From Bacillota bacterium (GTDB taxonomy: Bacteria; Bacillota; DTU025): 64,000 nucleotides of DNA. The notes beneath the pieces were generated by a model that did no database searches, had not been told where the DNA came from, and saw only the letters and a list, made by a program, of their open reading frames with translations. The translations under genes and the position numbers were made by a program. Positions 60,173 to 64,000 of the stretch are shown here, one piece after another; position 1 is the stretch's first letter, and the number at the start of each line of letters is the position of its first letter. The DNA is taken from NCBI GenBank assembly GCA_050951805.1, contig JBMNJT010000002.1:1120001-1184000 (forward strand), given 5' to 3'.

Positions 60173-61393
60173 ATGCGGGAGCGGAGCAGTTGCAGCCCTG
60201 CCAAGGTCGCCGTCATCATGATCTGCTTTATCTTGTGTTCGCATTGGGCTGTGGCTAAATGCTCGGGCCGAGGCGAATCCGGGATTGCCGATAGCCCCGA
60301 TAGTCTTCTGGCAGAAGCTGCAATGGAACAGATATCGGCGATGGATGTTGCCGAGATTGAGCGCTTCATCCGCGGCCTCGATGATGATATAGCGGAGAAT
60401 ATGCCCGAATTTAACATAATAGAGATTATGTCAAATCAAGCAGCGGGAATCTTCGACCTTGGCGGGCTCGCGCGGAAAGCCGTATCCTTTCTCCTTCGGG
60501 AAGTCAAAGTCAATCTGAAGCTCCTCGGGGAGCTGATAGTAGTGGCGATGATCGGTTCGATACTGTGCACTTTCGGATCGGGATTGGGGGAGGAGGGCCC
60601 GTGCGCCATGGCATGGGCTGTATGCTACATGACCCTGGTTACAATGGGAATAAGATCCTTTTCGGTGTCCGCGGATCTCGCGACAGGCGCTGTCGACAGC
60701 ATGATCTCCTTTATGCATGCCATAATCCCGGCGTTGGTCGGACTCCTTGCAACATCTGGAGGGGTGACGACCGCCGCAGTAGTTTCACCTCTGGTGCTCG
60801 TGGCCACCACGACTGTTGGAACTTTGGTGAAGACGACAGTCATCCCTCTGTTGCTGCTCGGTGCTGCGCTCACGCTTGTTGGGAATGTGAGCGACCGAAA
60901 ACAGGTGACGAAACTGGCCAGCCTTTTGCGCTGGTGGTCTATGACCATTCTGGGCCTCGCGTCAACCTTGTTCGTGGCGTTCGTGGGCGTGCGTGGAGGG
61001 CTCGCTTCTGTTTCAGATGCGGCGTCGGCGAAGGCCGCCAAGTTCCTCGCAGGTAGCATGATTCCGGTTATTGGCAAGGTGTTTGGGGACGCGATAGATT
61101 TGGTCGCTGCGTCTTCCCTAGTTGTTAGGGGTGCCTTGGGCGCCTTTGGCCTAGTGTCGCTCGTGGTTGTCTGCCTGTTTCCTGTTTTCAAGATGGTCGC
61201 GGTAATGCTCATGTTCAAGATTGCAGCAGCAGTAGCCGAACCGCTGGGGGATCCACGCGTGTCAGACTGTCTTGCGGAGCTTGCGGATGTCCTCTCCGCC
61301 CTGTGCATCTGTGTGACCACAGTCGGTTTGATGTTCTTCATCTGCATATCCCTCGTTGTGGGGTTGAGTGGGCTCGTGGTGGCGATCCGCTGA
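60173..61393 (+). CDS. spoIIIAE: Stage III sporulation protein AE
   Basis: Multi-TM, KAAKF..GSMIPVIGK.FGDA, AAAVAEPLGD; start uncertain (59987, 60104 or 60173). Confidence 0.88.
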   Translation: MRERSSCSPAKVAVIMICFILCSHWAVAKCSGRGESGIADSPDSLLAEAAMEQISAMDVAEIERFIRGLDDDIAENMPEFNIIEIMSNQAAGIFDLGGLARKAVSFLLREVKVNLKLLGELIVVAMIGSILCTFGSGLGEEGPCAMAWAVCYMTLVTMGIRSFSVSADLATGAVDSMISFMHAIIPALVGLLATSGGVTTAAVVSPLVLVATTTVGTLVKTTVIPLLLLGAALTLVGNVSDRKQVTKLASLLRWWSMTILGLASTLFVAFVGVRGGLASVSDAASAKAAKFLAGSMIPVIGKVFGDAIDLVAASSLVVRGALGAFGLVSLVVVCLFPVFKMVAVMLMFKIAAAVAEPLGDPRVSDCLAELADVLSALCICVTTVGLMFFICISLVVGLSGLVVAIR

Positions 61394-61543
61394 CTCTTTT
61401 TGGCGTAGGCGCGCCGCAAGGGAGTTAGGTTGTTGCCAGGGTTCAAGCTGCCCTTGAGGCTGCTTGGTGAATCAGGGCGTTATTAGGCAACGTGGCGGGC
61501 GCCGAATCAGGTGCCATGTCGATGCTTTGGAGGTGGATGGCGC

Positions 61544-62071
61544 GTGGAAGCCATATCCGCGTGGGTGAGGGGGATCGTCGTCCTGGTGTTGGCGGTTACT
61601 TTCCTTGAAATGCTCGTTCCCAGGTCGGGCCTGAAAAAGTTCGTCGACATGGTTATGGGCCTTGCGGTGATAGCGGGCATCATTGCTCCATTGGTCAACA
61701 TCGGAATGGGATACGTCGATGGCAAGCTGGCGGAGGCAGACAGGTTTGCCATGTCAGGAAACTTGGGGACGCTAGGGGAGCCACGCGGATTGGACGGCCA
61801 ACAGATCGCCGCGGAACTTACGGAGACCGTTATTGAGGCGAAGGTGCGCGAAGCGCTTGCCGCCCGGTTCTACGGAAAGAACTGTTTCTGGGAAGTCCGG
61901 GCATCCATCGATCGCAGTGGCGCGCTGCTGGGGATAGAAGTGAATGTGAGCTTTGGGGGCGCTGCTGAAGGTTGTGCCCGCCCCGGCGACTCTGAAATAG
62001 CTGCCGCTGCATCCGCAGCCTTGGGGGTTGACCCAGAGATGATCATTGTAAGGCAGGTGGGAAGAAGATGA
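61544..62071 (+). CDS. spoIIIAF: Stage III sporulation protein AF
   Basis: WVRGIV...FLEMLVP..GLKKFV.MVMGL..I..II.P. Confidence 0.88.
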   Translation: MEAISAWVRGIVVLVLAVTFLEMLVPRSGLKKFVDMVMGLAVIAGIIAPLVNIGMGYVDGKLAEADRFAMSGNLGTLGEPRGLDGQQIAAELTETVIEAKVREALAARFYGKNCFWEVRASIDRSGALLGIEVNVSFGGAAEGCARPGDSEIAAAASAALGVDPEMIIVRQVGRR

Positions 62072-62712
62072 GCGAAGAGAGACGATTTGGTACGGATTTG
62101 CTGAACATGCCGGGGCTCAAACCACTGCTTCTCCTGGCCGGCTTGGGTGTGCTATTGATCATCGTGGGGAGCCTTGTTAAGACTTCACCGCGTGATTCCG
62201 GCAATGCAATTGATGGCTATTCTGGCCTAGAACCGATTTCTTCGGAAACATCGCCTCCTTCGTCGGCCGTGGGCGACCGGCTTTCCGACTTGTCCCCTGC
62301 AGACAGATACCGGGTTGACCTTGAAACGAGATCGGCAGCTATTCTCTCAAAGGTGGAGGGAGCAGGCACAGTCAGTGTCCAGATAACTTTGGAAGGCGGC
62401 ACATACCGGGAGTACGCGGTCAATTCCGTGGAGGAATACAAAAATGTGGATGAGAAGATGTCGTCGGGCGAGGCGAGGGTGACGACTGAGAAGCGAGAAA
62501 CCCGCGACGTCGTCTTGCCTTCTCATCCCTCTTCAGGGCGCGGACAGTCTCCTATCTTGGTTTTGGAACGCTCTCCTGCTATCTCCGGAGTGCTGGTGGC
62601 GGCGTCGGGCGCATCGGATTCAAGAACCAAACGGGAGCTTGCCGAAGCTGCACAGACGCTCCTTGGTGTGCCGGCTCACAGGGTCATGGTCGTGGTTGCC
62701 AAGTCCCCGTAG
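62068..62712 (+). CDS. spoIIIAG: Stage III sporulation protein AG
   Basis: LE...ILSKVEGAG.V.V.ITL, P.ISGVLVAASGA, LGVPAHRV. Confidence 0.9.
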   Translation: MSEERRFGTDLLNMPGLKPLLLLAGLGVLLIIVGSLVKTSPRDSGNAIDGYSGLEPISSETSPPSSAVGDRLSDLSPADRYRVDLETRSAAILSKVEGAGTVSVQITLEGGTYREYAVNSVEEYKNVDEKMSSGEARVTTEKRETRDVVLPSHPSSGRGQSPILVLERSPAISGVLVAASGASDSRTKRELAEAAQTLLGVPAHRVMVVVAKSP

Positions 62713-62802
62713 GCAGCTAGCACGGATGTGATCGAAAACTTGCACTCGGTCCTTGTCGGCGGAAATCTTCGAATTGCAGACGCGCAGACCGGGAGGTGGG
62801 CA

Positions 62803-63519
62803 ATGTCCATGATAAAGAAGACAAAGCAATACTTTGGGCAGCGTGGTGATAGATTCTGGCTCAAGGCATCCTACCTGATGCTGGCGGTGGCGGTGGTGAT
62901 CCTGGGAATCACGGCGATCGTAGACCCCGACCTCTATCGTCGCCGCTCATCTGCGCCGGCAGTTGACGCCGAAGGCGACAACGGTTTGAGTGTTACGGAA
63001 GACAACGGTAGTGAGGAGGATCTGTCGGAAGGAGAGGAGTCTGCCGATTTGCGTGGAGCGACTCTGCCGACATCCGTCCTCTCAGATGGTAATGACCAGT
63101 ATGGGTCCGTCGGGGGCCCGGGCTCGGTCACGCCCTTCGGCGCCGAGCCTTTCATCATGCCATCGGGAGCAGACTTTTTCGAAGAACTCAAGATTGATCG
63201 CGACAAGACGCGTTCTCGCGAACGCGAAGTGATCCAAGATCTCATCGAAGATCCGAATACCCACCCAGATGTGCGCAAGCGCGCACAGGAGGCTCTTCTT
63301 TCCCTGGCGGAACGAGCACGGCGCGAGGCTGAAGCTGAAAGCATGATACAGGCAAAAGGATACGAGCAGGCTGTGGTCTTTCTATCGGAGGCTGGCGCAA
63401 GCGTGGTCGTAAAGTCGGGAAGACTTGAAGAAGCGGAAGTCAAGCGTATAGGCGATGCGGTGTCGGCCGCTACAGGCATGGAGTTGCGGCGGATCAGCAT
63501 AATGGAGAGAGAACCGTGA
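62803..63519 (+). CDS. spoIIIAH: Stage III sporulation protein AH
   Basis: TM, acidic linker, FFEELKIDRDKTRS, E..IQAKGY..AVV; GGGAGGTG RBS before ATG 62803. Confidence 0.9.
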   Translation: MSMIKKTKQYFGQRGDRFWLKASYLMLAVAVVILGITAIVDPDLYRRRSSAPAVDAEGDNGLSVTEDNGSEEDLSEGEESADLRGATLPTSVLSDGNDQYGSVGGPGSVTPFGAEPFIMPSGADFFEELKIDRDKTRSREREVIQDLIEDPNTHPDVRKRAQEALLSLAERARREAEAESMIQAKGYEQAVVFLSEAGASVVVKSGRLEEAEVKRIGDAVSAATGMELRRISIMEREP

Positions 63520-63641
63520 AGGATAATCTAGGCATGCGGTGAATTCATTTCTATGATTGGCTACTTGGGGACCGGCAGTTCTGTTATAATGCTAATATGA
63601 TCAGCGAGGGTTCCTCTGGACGCTTGCCAGGAGGTGTGAAT

Positions 63642-64000
63642 ATGGAGCTTATGGAAGATCCGGGAATGGGATCTGTCAAAATCGCAAATGAAGTGGTAGC
63701 AGTCATAGCCGGCCTTGCAACTATCGAAGTTGAAGGCATTGCAGGGATGAGCGGCGGAATAGCGGAAGGCTGGAGCGAGCTGTGGGGCAAGAAGAACCTG
63801 GCCCGTGGGGTCAAGGTTGAGGTCGGCGAGCAGCAGGCGGCAGTCGATCTGAACGTCGTGGTGAAATATGGCGCGGTAATACCTGAGGTCTGCGAAGAGG
63901 TTCAGCGCAACGTCAAAAGGACGATCGAGATTATGACCGGCTTGGAAGTGGTTCAAGTCAATGTCCATGTGACTAACGTGTTCATTGAGGAGAAGGAGAC
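63642..64000 (+). CDS. Asp23/Gls24 (YqhY-like) protein, 3' truncated by window edge
   Basis: GSVKIANEVVAVIAGLA..EVEG...KKNLARGVKVEVG...VNVHV; GGAGGTG RBS; TGTTATAAT at 63582. Confidence 0.9.
   Translation, partial: MELMEDPGMGSVKIANEVVAVIAGLATIEVEGIAGMSGGIAEGWSELWGKKNLARGVKVEVGEQQAAVDLNVVVKYGAVIPEVCEEVQRNVKRTIEIMTGLEVVQVNVHVTNVFIEEKE

Overview
This 64-kb window is almost entirely + strand core chromosome of a GC-rich, endospore-forming Bacillota (Firmicutes). In order it holds: ymdB end, spoVS, a GNAT gene; the dcw cluster (mraZ to ftsZ, no murD); spoIIGA-sigE-sigG-spoIIR-ylmC; a ~500-bp non-coding gap with a strongly structured segment, then a free-standing, apparently non-splicing Hint (intein-like) protein; a ylm/divIVA region; lspA-lgt-rluD-capA; rqcH (the only minus-strand gene); a P-type ATPase; yicC, an actinobacterial-type mIHF, remA-gmk-rpoZ-coaBC; a type IV pilus cluster (pilB/T/C, two pilins, pilD, pilM/N/O/P, secretin); pepP-efp; spoIIIAA-AH; and a partial Asp23 gene. 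The most unusual elements are (i) a 1475-aa secretin with about 15 Secretin_N ring domains, five of them encoded by a near-identical 462-bp tandem array, implying a diderm spore-former with a very long and possibly length-variable pilus channel, and (ii) the structured RNA candidate and stand-alone Hint gene downstream of ylmC. I saw no rRNA, tRNA, CRISPR array or transposase. All assignments come from motif recognition by eye; no searches were run.
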